Assembly: GCA_037969395.1 (NCBI GenBank)
Contig: JBBKXJ010000257.1
Span: forward strand, 10,405-74,404
Source of the DNA: Pseudomonadales bacterium
Lineage (GTDB): Bacteria; Pseudomonadota; Gammaproteobacteria; Pseudomonadales; JAUIET01
Direction of reading: 5' to 3'
DNA: 64,000 bases
Under the pieces are notes generated by a model that was not told the origin of the DNA, searched no databases, and was given only the letters and a program-made list of their open reading frames with translations. Position numbers and translations under genes: made by a program. Below, in pieces: positions 29,451-39,970 of this stretch (the stretch's first letter is position 1; each line of letters starts with the position of its first letter).

Positions 29451-29832
29451 AATTGTTAAACAACAGGTCTGAAACGACCTTACTGCCCTGTTCGTCCTGC
29501 ATCACTTTTTGCACTTCTTCCAGCGCCGCCGCACGCAGCTGCTGACGACCTTCAGCCGAGCTAACCGCGGCATCGGTTTGCTGGCTTAGCAGCAGTATTA
29601 GATTGTTGCGCAAATACGGCAGATGCTGTTCGACCAGCGCGACATCATCCTGCGATTCTACTCGCACAGAGATGTCCACTTTAAGATATTGCAGCCTGGC
29701 GCTAATGCCGTAGTTGGTCACGAACGCCGGCTTGAGATTAATATACTGCGCCTGGTTAGATTCCGCGTGGCTGAAACTGCAAACCGCCATCAACAGCGTG
29801 ACCAGCGCACAGCCGCGTAACATTGATTGCAT
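29434..29832 (-). CDS. FliL-like (flagellar basal body-associated FliL family) protein
   Basis: 132 aa. Signal/TM N-terminus, then YINLKPAFVTNY...LQYLKVDISVRVE...LPYLRNNLILLLSQQT, a FliL-type pattern. There is no flagellar context. The 3' end overlaps acpH by 17 bp. Confidence 0.65.
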   Translation of the reverse strand: MQSMLRGCALVTLLMAVCSFSHAESNQAQYINLKPAFVTNYGISARLQYLKVDISVRVESQDDVALVEQHLPYLRNNLILLLSQQTDAAVSSAEGRQQLRAAALEEVQKVMQDEQGSKVVSDLLFNNFIVQS

Positions 29833-29973
29833 CGTAAACTCCTTTGAAATGGCTCATCTTTCCCCAAAGCATAGTCGATTCATATAGCTGTAGTTGATTC
29901 ATAGCGCTGCACTTGTTTCACTGCGAGCTTTCGCCTAATGTAATGTGTTATTTGAATTTAGCGTAACTCCACC

Positions 29974-30465
29974 ATGCCGGCACCCCGCCCCCTGTTTTTA
30001 CTATTGTTTTTGTTTTGCTGTGGCCTGATGGCATACGGGTTCTATCTGGAATACGTAGAGGGCTTGCAGCCATGCCCACTATGCATGACCCAGCGCGTAT
30101 TTATCGTGCTTTGCGGCATATTTGGCTTGTTAGCATTTCTGCATAACCCAGCTTCTCCGGGAGTCAGAATTTACGCATTCCTGATCACCGTCAGCGGCCT
30201 ATTTGGTGCGGCGATTGCCGGGCGGCAATTATGGCTGCAAAGCCTGCCCGCAGATCAGGCACCGGCGTGCGGACCGAGTCTGGAATATATGTTCGATGTA
30301 TTGCCGTTTACCGAAGCGATTAAGACCCTGATGATGGGTGACGGCAACTGCGCCGAAGTGGTGTGGACTTTTCTCGGCCTGAGTATGCCAGGCTGGACCA
30401 TGATCTGTTTTTCAGGTTTTGCCCTGTTTGGCCTGTGGCACATGCTGCGCAAACCAGTAACATAA
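29974..30465 (+). CDS. dsbB: disulfide bond formation protein B
   Basis: 163 aa, 4 TM helices, CPLC motif (QPCPLCMTQR) and a second Cys pair in the periplasmic loop. Confidence 0.9.
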   Translation: MPAPRPLFLLLFLFCCGLMAYGFYLEYVEGLQPCPLCMTQRVFIVLCGIFGLLAFLHNPASPGVRIYAFLITVSGLFGAAIAGRQLWLQSLPADQAPACGPSLEYMFDVLPFTEAIKTLMMGDGNCAEVVWTFLGLSMPGWTMICFSGFALFGLWHMLRKPVT

Positions 30466-30634
30466 GGCTTTCATACGTTTTGCAAAGGTTGACTTGCTGA
30501 TGCCAGCCGGCTGACCTATGCTGAAGGGTATTATAAAGTCCAGTAATGCTAAAAATACTGAACACTAACAAAAGCATAACGTTTGGCTAAAATAGGCCAC
30601 ACACAACCAATAGACTAGGGACGAGCATCACACC

Positions 30635-31060
30635 ATGATTGAAGAATGGCTACAACAGAGACAACACCTCATCGTGCAGTACTGTTCGATCTGTGGTGTA
30701 CACGAGCAGATCAACGACTCGCCAACCAAAATACAGCGCTTGAAATCATTTTGCCAAACGCTGGTCGACTATGCCTCGGCCGGCCATTTTGAAATCTACA
30801 AAAAACTGGTGCACGAGGCCGAGCAAGCCAACCCGTCTGTGTTGGCAACTGCCGAAAAAACCCTGCCGCAGATACAGGAAACTACAGAAATTCTTCTGGA
30901 CTTCAACGACCTTTACGAAACCGAGGAATTGACCGAAGAGATGCAGGTCAAGTTGGCCAGACACTTGTCGAAGCTGGGCGAAGCTATGGTGACGCGTTTC
31001 GATCTTGAAGACGAACTGGTGGGTTTGGCGCATAGCCCGAAAACTGCGACACGGGCTTAA
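30635..31060 (+). CDS. rsd: Rsd/AlgQ family anti-sigma-70 regulator
   Basis: 141 aa. WLQQRQHLIVQY...FCQTLVDYASAGHFEIYKKL matches the Rsd/AlgQ pattern. Confidence 0.82.
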   Translation: MIEEWLQQRQHLIVQYCSICGVHEQINDSPTKIQRLKSFCQTLVDYASAGHFEIYKKLVHEAEQANPSVLATAEKTLPQIQETTEILLDFNDLYETEELTEEMQVKLARHLSKLGEAMVTRFDLEDELVGLAHSPKTATRA

Positions 31061-31120
31061 GCTTCACAACACGGTACAACTCCTCGGTAAAGCGCCAACA
31101 CTGAACTACACTTTACAGTA

Positions 31121-31145
31121 GCGTCCTGTGATGACCACAGGACGC
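31121..31145 (+). terminator. hairpin downstream of rsd/algQ (possible terminator)
   Basis: GCGTCCTGTG-atgac-CACAGGACGC, a perfect 10-bp stem 60 nt after the stop. The T-rich tract is only about 10 nt further on, so it is not canonical. Confidence 0.5.
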
Positions 31146-31180
31146 CAGCATTGCTATTTTACTGTTACAGGGTAGTTTCC

Positions 31181-32176
31181 ATGCCAATTGGTTTAACCAA
31201 CCGCCTCAAGCCAATCATTGTTGTTGCCAGCTTGCTGCTTTGTGCTTGCCGCAATGACGTCGCACCCGGCGATAGTCTCGAACTCGCCAGTCAAGGCGCT
31301 TACAGCGCAGCGCTTTCTAGCGATGGCCAGCGCGCTATGATTGGCGCAATTAACCAGGGCGGCAGCCTGTGGGATCTCAGTAGCAATGCGCGCAAGTTTG
31401 ACTGGAATCACGCCAGCGGGGAATTCTCAGTCATCAGCGCGGCGGCTTTTTCGCCAGCGGCGAACTTTGCACTGAGCGCCAACACGCAAACGCTGGTACT
31501 GTGGGATGCAACCAGAGGCGCAGGTCTGCGCTACTGGACCACGCCAGACCGTGTGCTTGACATCGATCTCGGCCCCGAGGGTAACTTTGCTCTGCTTGGG
31601 CTGGAGAATTTTACTGCCGTACTGTTCGACGTGCGCCGCGGTGGGATTAAACGTGTGTTCACCCATGCCGACAGGGTACGCAGCGTCGCCTTCAGTGACG
31701 ACGGCACGCTTGCCTTGTCAGGCTCGGCCGATCAGACCGCGAAACTGTGGGACGTACGCTCAGGCAAAATGCTGCACAGCATGCAGCACGCCGATGATGT
31801 GCGGCTGGTAGCGTTGGCACCGCAAAACGATCTGGCATTTAGCGTTAGCAAATACGATAAAGCGGTGATCTGGAGCGCCGTCGACGGGGCCGCCGTTGGC
31901 GAATTGCCGCTGCGCGCCTTTGCACTGCAGCGCGGGCTGACGTTTACCGCCGCCGTGTTCTCCAACGACTCAAGTCAATTGCTGACCGGAACATCGGATC
32001 GCGTCGTACAATTGTGGGATACGCGTTCGCTGCAAGAAATACAGCGCTGGACAATACCGAAGCGTAAGGCCTGGAAACCAACCAGCGCCGCTATTCTGGC
32101 GCTGGCGTTTGGTGCAAAGCCGAATGAATACTACGCGGTAGCATCAAACGGCTATGCTCACAGACTAAAGCGCTAG
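31181..32176 (+). CDS. WD40-repeat lipoprotein
   Basis: Lipobox LLLCAC after MPIGLTNRLKPIIVVAS. WD40-like repeats (VRSVAFSDDGTLALSGSADQTAKLWDV; LLTGTSDRVVQLWD). Confidence 0.8.
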   Translation: MPIGLTNRLKPIIVVASLLLCACRNDVAPGDSLELASQGAYSAALSSDGQRAMIGAINQGGSLWDLSSNARKFDWNHASGEFSVISAAAFSPAANFALSANTQTLVLWDATRGAGLRYWTTPDRVLDIDLGPEGNFALLGLENFTAVLFDVRRGGIKRVFTHADRVRSVAFSDDGTLALSGSADQTAKLWDVRSGKMLHSMQHADDVRLVALAPQNDLAFSVSKYDKAVIWSAVDGAAVGELPLRAFALQRGLTFTAAVFSNDSSQLLTGTSDRVVQLWDTRSLQEIQRWTIPKRKAWKPTSAAILALAFGAKPNEYYAVASNGYAHRLKR

Positions 32177-32182
32177 CCGCGC

Positions 32183-32989
32183 TTATTTTGCCGCTTCCGT
32201 CTCTTTTGGCTGTGCGGCAGCCGCTGCTTCAGCTGCGGCTGCGGCCGCTTCCTTGTCCTTGATTTCCAGCAGTTCTACTTCGAACTGCAGTGTGGAATTA
32301 GGACCGATGTCACCGCCTGCGCCACCTGGGCCATACGCCAGGTCAGCCGGAATAACCAGCTCCCATTTCGAACCCACTGGCATTAACTGCAGCGCTTCGG
32401 TCCAGCCGGGAATGACCTGATTTACGCCAAACTCTGCGGGCTGACCGCGCTTGTAAGAACTATCGAACTCGGTGCCGTCGAGCAGAGTGCCCTTGTAATG
32501 TACCGAAACGAGATCCTCGGCTTCGGGCTTGGCGCCATCGCCTTTGGTTACAACCTTGTACTGCAGTCCGCTGTCGGTCGTCACTACGTCTTCTTTTTTG
32601 CCGTTTTCTGCTAAAAATGCTTTGCCGGCTTCTTCATTTTTGGCGCCAGCCGCTGCCTGCTCTTCCTGCATTTTAGCCATTTGCTGCTGCTGAAAAGCCT
32701 GCATGGTTTCGGCAATCTCTTCGGGCGTCATCAAGCGCTCGCTGTCGTCGCTGCCGGCGGTAAGCCCTTCAGTAAAGGTAGGTATATCGAGCTTGATTGC
32801 GTCGGTTCGAAAGCGGTCGCCAAGGCTCAGGCCCATGGCGTAGCTGACTTTTTTCTCTTGCGTATCCAGCTTGGAAGTCGCATCGCTGGACTTTTCAGTG
32901 GCTTCTTCAGGCGCCGCTTCTTTTTTCTGATCACAAGCAGACAACGCCAGCACGCCCATCAATGCGACGGGCAGGTAAATAAGTTTCAT
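32183..32989 (-). CDS. FKBP-type peptidyl-prolyl cis-trans isomerase (FkpA/Mip-like, lipoprotein signal)
   Basis: Lipobox LALSAC. C-terminal FKBP domain (VHYKGTLLDGTEFDSSYKRGQPAEFGVNQVIPGWTEAL). Confidence 0.9.
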   Translation of the reverse strand: MKLIYLPVALMGVLALSACDQKKEAAPEEATEKSSDATSKLDTQEKKVSYAMGLSLGDRFRTDAIKLDIPTFTEGLTAGSDDSERLMTPEEIAETMQAFQQQQMAKMQEEQAAAGAKNEEAGKAFLAENGKKEDVVTTDSGLQYKVVTKGDGAKPEAEDLVSVHYKGTLLDGTEFDSSYKRGQPAEFGVNQVIPGWTEALQLMPVGSKWELVIPADLAYGPGGAGGDIGPNSTLQFEVELLEIKDKEAAAAAAEAAAAAQPKETEAAK

Positions 32990-33092
32990 AAAGCTTCCTT
33001 AAAACGGTTATAAAATAGGCACGATGCAACAACAGCGATGGTTGTTGATCACAACGGGCGCATATATACCATGAAGCAATGATTAAAGTCTG

Positions 33093-33602
33093 TTAAATAT
33101 TATCGAGTGCAGCTTTGCGGAGGTCAGCCGTTTTTTGCAGGTTTTTAGCGTCATCGATCAGCTTGGGAATATCTGTTACGGGCACGCTGGTCGGGAAGGC
33201 CAACTTAAAGCCCGAACCACCATTGCCGCTGTCGGCCTGTCCGCGTTCGCGGACTTCTACAGGCTGCATTATATTAGCCATTTGCGGCATATCCTGCACC
33301 AGCACGTCGCCTGCGGCTGCGGGCGGCGGCTCGTTGGAAAACTGCCAACGACCTTGTGCGTCTTGCCACTTATAAAGCCTGGGCGTTTTCATCCCGAAGC
33401 CAGTCGACGTGGCCCCCTGCAGCTTGGCGCCAGACTTGTTCCACATGTTGGACAGTTTGTTGCGCACACCGTTTAGCGAAACGTTGTCAGGCATCCAATC
33501 ATTCAATGACATTAATGGCTTGCCACTCGGCCCGACAATGAACGTCGGTGCAATCAACAAACCGAGTAGCGATAACAGCATCATTTTATGGCGAATTTTC
33601 AT
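33093..33602 (-). CDS. DUF4124 domain-containing protein
   Basis: Signal peptide followed by LYKWQDAQGRWQFSNEPP, the DUF4124 core. Confidence 0.75.
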   Translation of the reverse strand: MKIRHKMMLLSLLGLLIAPTFIVGPSGKPLMSLNDWMPDNVSLNGVRNKLSNMWNKSGAKLQGATSTGFGMKTPRLYKWQDAQGRWQFSNEPPPAAAGDVLVQDMPQMANIMQPVEVRERGQADSGNGGSGFKLAFPTSVPVTDIPKLIDDAKNLQKTADLRKAALDNI

Positions 33603-33724
33603 AGCTAGGTTGGTCTCAATATCTGAACTCGTGCATTAAGATTAGCTCAAAAATTGCGCGCTGGCCCGCAAGGCAGCCGTCTATAGCATTAGTTTTTAGT
33701 AGCTGCCATCCTGCAGCCGGGAAG

Positions 33725-34261
33725 TTATTGTAAGGCTTGCTTGCTTTGAATTTGATCGTCGCAACACAGCGCAACCGCTAGCTCACGCACTAAATGAGCT
33801 GCCTCAGTAGACTTCAATGGCCAGCCCGCACGATACGCGAGCAAGTTTTGCAGCACCCTATTGTCAGCCAGGCAAACACCAGACACACATTTTTGCTGTG
33901 GTAGTGGCCTGGTACACGCGATAGCGATAATGTGCTGCTCCAGTTGTTCGGCCTGCAGCTCAAGCGCCTTTAACTGCTGATAGCATTCATCAGCGGCTAG
34001 TAGCTGCACGCGTTGGCGCAAATTACGAATTGGTTGCGTATAGCGCCGATTAAAAGGCGTTATATGTTCAGCGATTCGAAACCAGTCCTGCGCTTCAAGC
34101 ATTTGCCCCAGGTGGCCGAAAAACCCGCCAAGCAGCAGCAGATTAACGTTCGCTGCATGCTCGTCCTGCAAGCGCAAACACAATGATTGCACATTGGTCG
34201 CGGCATAAGCCGTCAGCGAATAGCGCCAGTAGCGGCCTGCAAACCGGGTAGCCTCAGCCAT
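33725..34261 (-). CDS. TIGR02444 family protein (DUF2390)
   Basis: 178 aa. The N-terminal YWRYSLTAYAATNVQSLCLRLQDEHAANVNLLLL matches my recollection of this family. Confidence 0.6.
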   Translation of the reverse strand: MAEATRFAGRYWRYSLTAYAATNVQSLCLRLQDEHAANVNLLLLGGFFGHLGQMLEAQDWFRIAEHITPFNRRYTQPIRNLRQRVQLLAADECYQQLKALELQAEQLEQHIIAIACTRPLPQQKCVSGVCLADNRVLQNLLAYRAGWPLKSTEAAHLVRELAVALCCDDQIQSKQALQ

Positions 34262-34285
34262 GACCGCGGAGGTACAGACGTCGCA

Positions 34286-36415
34286 TCAACTGCGCCGCCA
34301 GGCATGAAATTTTTCGACCCAGCGCAACAGACCCTGCGGTGTATGCTTTTTCTGCCATTCGCTGGCGGCAAACTTATTCGCTTCCGTCAGGGTGGGGTAA
34401 ATATGAATAGTGCCCATGATTTTTTTCAAGCTAAGACCGTGCTTCATCGCCAGCACAAACTCGCTGATCAGCTCGCTGGCATGATAGCCAACAATAGTCA
34501 CACCCAGAATCTTACCCGAGCCGCCCGGCCGCGTTAGCACCTTGACGAACCCATGCGCCTCGCCATCGGCGATGGCCCGATCAAGGTCTTCAATGTTATA
34601 GCGGGTAACTTCACAGGCGATGTTTTTTTCCTGCGCGTCCATTTCATTCAGACCTACCCGCGCGACCTGAGGATCGGTAAACGTGGCCCACGGAATTACC
34701 GAGTAGTCGACCTTGAACTTTTTCACCACGCCGAACAGTGCGTTGACGGTGGCAAACCATGCCTGGTACGACGCGGTATGGGTAAACTGGTAGGGCCCGG
34801 CAACATCGCCGCAGGCATAGATATTGGGGATGCGGGTACGTAAATAGTCGTCGACCATCACCGTACCATTGCGATTGAGCTCCAGACCTAGCGCTTCCAG
34901 GCCCAGGCCTTCCGTGTTAGCGCGGCGCCCAACGGCTATCAGTATTTTTTCGAAATCAATGCGTTGTTCCGTGCCGTCTTGCTGCACCACAAGCGCCCCC
35001 TCCTCGGCTGCCTGCGCTTTTGCGTTGAGAACAATATTGACGCCGTCGGCCTCTAGCTGACGCGCCACCTGCGCGGCGGCATCCTCGTCTTCGCGCGGCA
35101 GAATCCGCGGCTCCATATCCAACAATGTCACCCTGGAACCCAGCCGCGCAAACGCCTGCGCCAGTTCGCAGCCAATGGGACCAGCGCCCAGGATAAGCAG
35201 ATTTTCAGGCAGAGCCTCCAGCTGCCAAACATTATCAGAGGTCAAATACGGTATCTGGTCTATGCCTTTGATGGGCGGCACGAAGGGCCGCGCGCCGCTG
35301 GCGATGATAATATTACCTGTGGTGATTATGCGGTCGTCGACCTCGACCTCGTAAGGCGACACGATGCGTGCCTGCCCGTGCACGCATTCCACCCCCAGTG
35401 ATTCGTAGCGCTCGACCGAGTCGTGCGGCTCTATGCGAGCAATAATTTTTTGCACCCGGCGCATCACTGCTGCAAAGTCAGTTTTTATAGCGCCACTGTG
35501 CTGCAAACCATAATCGTCCATACGCTCGAAATAATGGCGCATTTTGGCCGAGCGCAGCAGCGCTTTGCTTGGTACACAGCCGGTATTCAGACAATCGCCG
35601 CCCATCTTGTCTCGCTCAATCAACACGGCCCTGGCTTTTACGGTAGCGCCGATCAACGCCGCCACCAGCCCGGCCGAACCGGCACCAATCACAACGACGT
35701 TGGCATCCAGCCTGGCGGGTTTTTTATAGTCTGCCATCGCCCTTCTCCGTTTGATAATATCCATCACTTTTCTCACAATAAAAGGAAATGTGGCCAGCAG
35801 TAGAAACGATGCCAGCAATGCCGGTGACAACACCCCACCAACACTGTCTACCTCGGCCAGCTGTTTACCGGCGTTAACAAAAACCATAGTGCCCGCTAAC
35901 ATGCCGACCTGACTGACGAAGAAAAACGTTAGCAGCTTGATGGGCGTCAGGCCCATCAGCAGGTTGACCAGAAAGAATGGAAACACCGGTACCAGGCGCA
36001 CGCTAAACAAATAAAACGCGCCGTCTTGTTCAACGCCTCGATTGATGGCATCCAGCCGGTCGCCGAACCGATTCTGCACCCATTCGCGCAGCAGCACGCG
36101 TGCTACCAGGAAGGCAATGGTAGCGCCGATTGTACTGGCGAAAGACACCAGCAGCAGCCCAATCCAAAAGCCGAATATTGCACCGCCTGCCAGCGTCATC
36201 AATGCAGCACCGGGTAACGATAACCCGGTGACCACAACATAAACACCGAAATACACCAACGCTGTTTGCGCGGGGTGTTGCTGGTAGTAGTCAAACAAAC
36301 GGTGTTTTTGCTGGTTGAAGTATTCCAGCGTGAGGTAGCTGTCGATGTCGAAGGCAAAGAATGCGATGATGGCGGCAAGTAATAGCCCGAATAGCAGCCA
36401 TTTGTTATTTGTCAT
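34286..36415 (-). CDS. fusion protein: TVP38/TMEM64 (DedA/VTT) membrane domain plus pyridine nucleotide-disulfide oxidoreductase
   Basis: 709 aa. N-terminal roughly 230 aa are a multi-TM VTT/DedA-like domain. The C-terminal part has FAD-binding VVIGAGSAGL, redox-active GGDCLNTGCVPSK, and a dimerisation domain (HIYPTLTE). Confidence 0.88.
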   Translation of the reverse strand: MTNNKWLLFGLLLAAIIAFFAFDIDSYLTLEYFNQQKHRLFDYYQQHPAQTALVYFGVYVVVTGLSLPGAALMTLAGGAIFGFWIGLLLVSFASTIGATIAFLVARVLLREWVQNRFGDRLDAINRGVEQDGAFYLFSVRLVPVFPFFLVNLLMGLTPIKLLTFFFVSQVGMLAGTMVFVNAGKQLAEVDSVGGVLSPALLASFLLLATFPFIVRKVMDIIKRRRAMADYKKPARLDANVVVIGAGSAGLVAALIGATVKARAVLIERDKMGGDCLNTGCVPSKALLRSAKMRHYFERMDDYGLQHSGAIKTDFAAVMRRVQKIIARIEPHDSVERYESLGVECVHGQARIVSPYEVEVDDRIITTGNIIIASGARPFVPPIKGIDQIPYLTSDNVWQLEALPENLLILGAGPIGCELAQAFARLGSRVTLLDMEPRILPREDEDAAAQVARQLEADGVNIVLNAKAQAAEEGALVVQQDGTEQRIDFEKILIAVGRRANTEGLGLEALGLELNRNGTVMVDDYLRTRIPNIYACGDVAGPYQFTHTASYQAWFATVNALFGVVKKFKVDYSVIPWATFTDPQVARVGLNEMDAQEKNIACEVTRYNIEDLDRAIADGEAHGFVKVLTRPGGSGKILGVTIVGYHASELISEFVLAMKHGLSLKKIMGTIHIYPTLTEANKFAASEWQKKHTPQGLLRWVEKFHAWRRS

Positions 36416-36632
36416 GCTCAGCTCTCAAGTGCGCTGCGGTGCGCCAGCTAATTTTAGTGGGGGAAACTTGATAGACTGTAACGCAATTGCTCAGTTCATG
36501 CATCGTGCGCTGGCGCGGGCAGTAAACGTATACACTTTTGCAATATGCATATAACAAGCCGCAGCTTGAATATTAGTGGAGCTGCCCATATTATTCTGTG
36601 CAGCACGAAATACCTAATTCTGGAGATAGATA

Positions 36633-36959
36633 ATGAGCGACACCATTGTTCACGTAACCGACGCCAACTTCGAAGATGAAGTGCTTAAATCTGACGTTCC
36701 CGTATTGGTTGATTACTGGGCGGAATGGTGTGGGCCATGCAAAATGATTGCACCAGTGCTGGAAGAAATCGCCAAAGACTACGATGGCAAGGTCAAAATT
36801 TGCAAGATGGATGTAGACGCTAACCAGGACACGCCGCAAAAGTTTGGTATTCGCGGCATTCCAACGCTGATGATGTTTAAAGGGGGCAACGCCGAGGCTA
36901 CCAAAGTGGGCGCATTGTCAAAAAACCAGCTAAGCGAGTTCATCAACGCCAGCGTTTGA
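36633..36959 (+). CDS. trxA: thioredoxin
   Basis: 108 aa with WAEWCGPCK active site. Confidence 0.96.
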   Translation: MSDTIVHVTDANFEDEVLKSDVPVLVDYWAEWCGPCKMIAPVLEEIAKDYDGKVKICKMDVDANQDTPQKFGIRGIPTLMMFKGGNAEATKVGALSKNQLSEFINASV

Positions 36960-37032
36960 CCCTCGTTCAACCATCTTTGAAATCTGAAACTGTGAATTAG
37001 TTGCGGCTGCCAACCGGGTAGCCGCGCTAAAC

Positions 37033-37062
37033 TTGCAAATAGGCTGGACTTCTGCCTAAAAT
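37033..37062 (+). promoter_or_regulatory. candidate sigma70 promoter of rho, followed by a C-rich/G-poor leader
   Basis: TTGCAA-18 nt-TAAAAT. The downstream leader of about 145 nt contains cacccttttttcccccaaattctctcgctctt, a rut-like composition consistent with the known autoregulation of rho by attenuation. A GCGGCT/AGCCGC hairpin at 37003-37025 precedes it. Confidence 0.35.
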
Positions 37063-37213
37063 CGAACTATATTATTTTGAGTCACCCTTTTTCCCCCAAA
37101 TTCTCTCGCTCTTTGAACAAGCCTTAGTTTCAGCACAGCGAAAAAAAATCAAAAACCCGCGCGCATGCTCTGCCGCACCCCTGTTGTATACTCCTCACAA
37201 GTCGCAGACCTAT

Positions 37214-38473
37214 ATGAACTTAACCGACCTGAAGACCAAACCTATTTCTGAACTCGTCGAAATCGCTAAAGACATCGGTCTCGACAACCTCGCACGATCA
37301 CGTAAGCAAGACATCATCTTTTCGATTCTCAAGCGCCACGCCAAAAGTGGCGAAGACATCTATGGTGATGGCGTACTGGAAATACTGCAGGACGGCTTTG
37401 GTTTTCTGCGTTCGGCCGACTGCTCCTACCTGGCCGGTCCCGACGATATTTACGTATCTCCAAGTCAAATAAGACGCTTCAATTTGCGCACTGGCGACTC
37501 CATCTCCGGCAAGATCCGCCCGCCGAAAGACAGCGAACGCTATTTCGCGCTGCTTAAAGTCAGTGAGATCAACTTCACCAAGCCCGACAACTCGCGCCAA
37601 AAAATTCTATTTGAAAACCTTACGCCGCTGTTTCCTACCGAGCGTCTGGTGTTGGAAACCGGTAACGGCAGCACCGAGGACTTGTCTGGTCGCATCATCG
37701 ATTTGGTCGCACCGATAGGCAAAGGCCAGCGCGGCCTGATCGTATCGCCACCGAAAGCCGGTAAAACAATACTGATGCAGCATATTGCGCAGTCAATTGT
37801 GCGCAACGATCCTGAATGTTACATCATTGTGCTGTTGATTGATGAGCGGCCGGAAGAAGTCACCGAAATGCAACGCTCGGTACGCGCAGAGGTGGTCGCC
37901 AGTACCTTCGACGAACCCCCCTCGCGGCATGTACAGGTTGCCGAAATGGTGATAGAAAAAGCCAAGCGCCTGGTAGAGCATAAGAAAGACGTGATTATTT
38001 TGCTCGACTCCATTACCCGCCTCGCACGCGCCTACAATACCATCGTGCCATCGTCGGGCAAAGTGTTGACCGGTGGTGTCGACGCACATGCGCTGGAGCG
38101 ACCAAAACGTTTCTTCGGCGCGGCGCGCAACATCGAAGAAGGCGGCAGTCTGACGATTATGGCCACCGCCCTGGTCGACACCGGCTCGAAAATGGACGAG
38201 GTTATCTACGAAGAGTTTAAAGGCACCGGCAACCAGGAAATACATCTGGACCGTAAAATCTCGGAAAAAAGAATCTACCCGGCCATCAATATTCGCCGCT
38301 CAGGCACACGCCGCGAAGAGCTGCTAACAACCGAAGACGAGCTGCAAAAAATGTGGATTCTGCGCAAACTGCTGCATTCCATGGAAGACAGCCCCGCCGT
38401 TGAATTTTTGCTCGACAAACTCAAAGACACCAAAACTAACGACGAATTCTTCGCCTCCATGAAACGTAAGTAA
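37214..38473 (+). CDS. rho: transcription termination factor Rho
   Basis: 419 aa from [15 protein letters not shown], near-collinear with E. coli Rho ([36 protein letters not shown]). The longest ORF start at 37184 is rejected. Confidence 0.97.
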   Translation: MNLTDLKTKPISELVEIAKDIGLDNLARSRKQDIIFSILKRHAKSGEDIYGDGVLEILQDGFGFLRSADCSYLAGPDDIYVSPSQIRRFNLRTGDSISGKIRPPKDSERYFALLKVSEINFTKPDNSRQKILFENLTPLFPTERLVLETGNGSTEDLSGRIIDLVAPIGKGQRGLIVSPPKAGKTILMQHIAQSIVRNDPECYIIVLLIDERPEEVTEMQRSVRAEVVASTFDEPPSRHVQVAEMVIEKAKRLVEHKKDVIILLDSITRLARAYNTIVPSSGKVLTGGVDAHALERPKRFFGAARNIEEGGSLTIMATALVDTGSKMDEVIYEEFKGTGNQEIHLDRKISEKRIYPAINIRRSGTRREELLTTEDELQKMWILRKLLHSMEDSPAVEFLLDKLKDTKTNDEFFASMKRK

Positions 38474-38482
38474 ATACAAGTA

Positions 38483-39967
38483 TTGCGCGTGGACAATATA
38501 AAGTACAAAGACCTGCGCGAATTTATAGACTTTTTGGAAGCCCGGGGCGAACTCAAACGCATTAAGACTGAAGTCGATCCGCGTCTGGAAATGACCGAAA
38601 TCTGCGACCGCACCTTGCGTAACGGCGGACCTGCACTATTATTCGAAAACCCCACTAACTACGCAACGCCAGTACTGGCTAATCTATTTGGCACTACCCA
38701 ACGCGTGGCGTTAGGTATGGGCCAGGCTGACCCCTCGCATCTACGCGAAGTCGGTAAGCTGCTGGCTGCGCTGAAGGAACCAGACCCACCGAAGGGCTTT
38801 AAAGACACCTGGGAGAAGCTGCCACTGCTTAAACAGGTGCTTAACATGGCACCGAGAGTGGTGAAGAACGCGCCGGCACAGACCCACTGTTTCGAGCATG
38901 ATGATGTCGATTTGCACACCCTGCCGATCCAAACCTGCTGGCCGGAAGATGCTGCGCCACTTATGACCTGGCCGCTGGTGATCACCCGTGGACCGCTCAA
39001 GGAGCGACTCAATCTTGGCATTTATCGCATGCAGCTGCTAGGTAAAAATAAGCTCATCATGCGCTGGCTGTCGCACCGCGGAGGCGCGCTGGACTTCAAG
39101 GAATGGCAAGACGCTCATCCCGGCGAGCCCTTCCCCGTTGCCGTCGCACTGGGCGCCGACCCGGCGACTACCCTGGGCGCGGTCACCCCTGTACCCGACA
39201 CCTTATCCGAATACGGTTTTGCCGGTTTGCTGCGCGGCGCAAAAACGGAAATAGTTAAGTGCCTGAGTAATGACCTGCATGTACCGGCCACTGCAGAGTA
39301 TATTCTGGAGGGGCATATACAGGCGGGAGAGATGGCCGATGAGGGACCGTTCGGCGACCATACCGGCTATTACAACGAAGTTGAACGCTTCCCGGTTTTT
39401 ACGGTTACACACCTTACGCATCGGCCCTCGCCTATTTACCACAGTACCTATACCGGGCGGCCACCCGATGAACCAGCGATTCTCGGCCTTGCCCTCAACG
39501 AAGTATTCGTGCCCTTGCTGCAAAAGCAATTTCCTGAGATTACCGACTTCTATCTACCGCCGGAGGGTTGCTCCTACCGGCTCGCCATTGTCACGATCAA
39601 AAAGCAATATCCCGGGCACGCCAAACGCGTCATGATGGGCGTGTGGTCTTTTCTACGTCAATTTATGTATACCAAGTTTGTTATCGTCACCGACGATGAC
39701 GTTGACGCACGCAACTGGAAGGATGTGATCTGGGCGCTCACCACGCGCATGGACCCGGTACGCGACACGATAACGATGCAGAATACGCCCATCGACTACC
39801 TCGACTTTGCCTCCCCGGTCGCCGGCCTCGGTTCGAAAATCGGCTTTGATGCAACCAACAAATGGCCCGGCGAAACGCAGCGCGAGTGGGGTAGGCCGAT
39901 CACCATGAAGGCCGACGTCAAACAGCGTGTGGACGCTATGTGGGACAGCCTTGGAATAGGCCAGTAA
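38483..39967 (+). CDS. ubiD: 4-hydroxy-3-polyprenylbenzoate decarboxylase
   Basis: 494 aa. [21 protein letters not shown] matches the UbiD N-terminus. The start is TTG at 38483 or GTG at 38489. Confidence 0.93.
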   Translation: MRVDNIKYKDLREFIDFLEARGELKRIKTEVDPRLEMTEICDRTLRNGGPALLFENPTNYATPVLANLFGTTQRVALGMGQADPSHLREVGKLLAALKEPDPPKGFKDTWEKLPLLKQVLNMAPRVVKNAPAQTHCFEHDDVDLHTLPIQTCWPEDAAPLMTWPLVITRGPLKERLNLGIYRMQLLGKNKLIMRWLSHRGGALDFKEWQDAHPGEPFPVAVALGADPATTLGAVTPVPDTLSEYGFAGLLRGAKTEIVKCLSNDLHVPATAEYILEGHIQAGEMADEGPFGDHTGYYNEVERFPVFTVTHLTHRPSPIYHSTYTGRPPDEPAILGLALNEVFVPLLQKQFPEITDFYLPPEGCSYRLAIVTIKKQYPGHAKRVMMGVWSFLRQFMYTKFVIVTDDDVDARNWKDVIWALTTRMDPVRDTITMQNTPIDYLDFASPVAGLGSKIGFDATNKWPGETQREWGRPITMKADVKQRVDAMWDSLGIGQ

Positions 39968-39970
39968 ACT

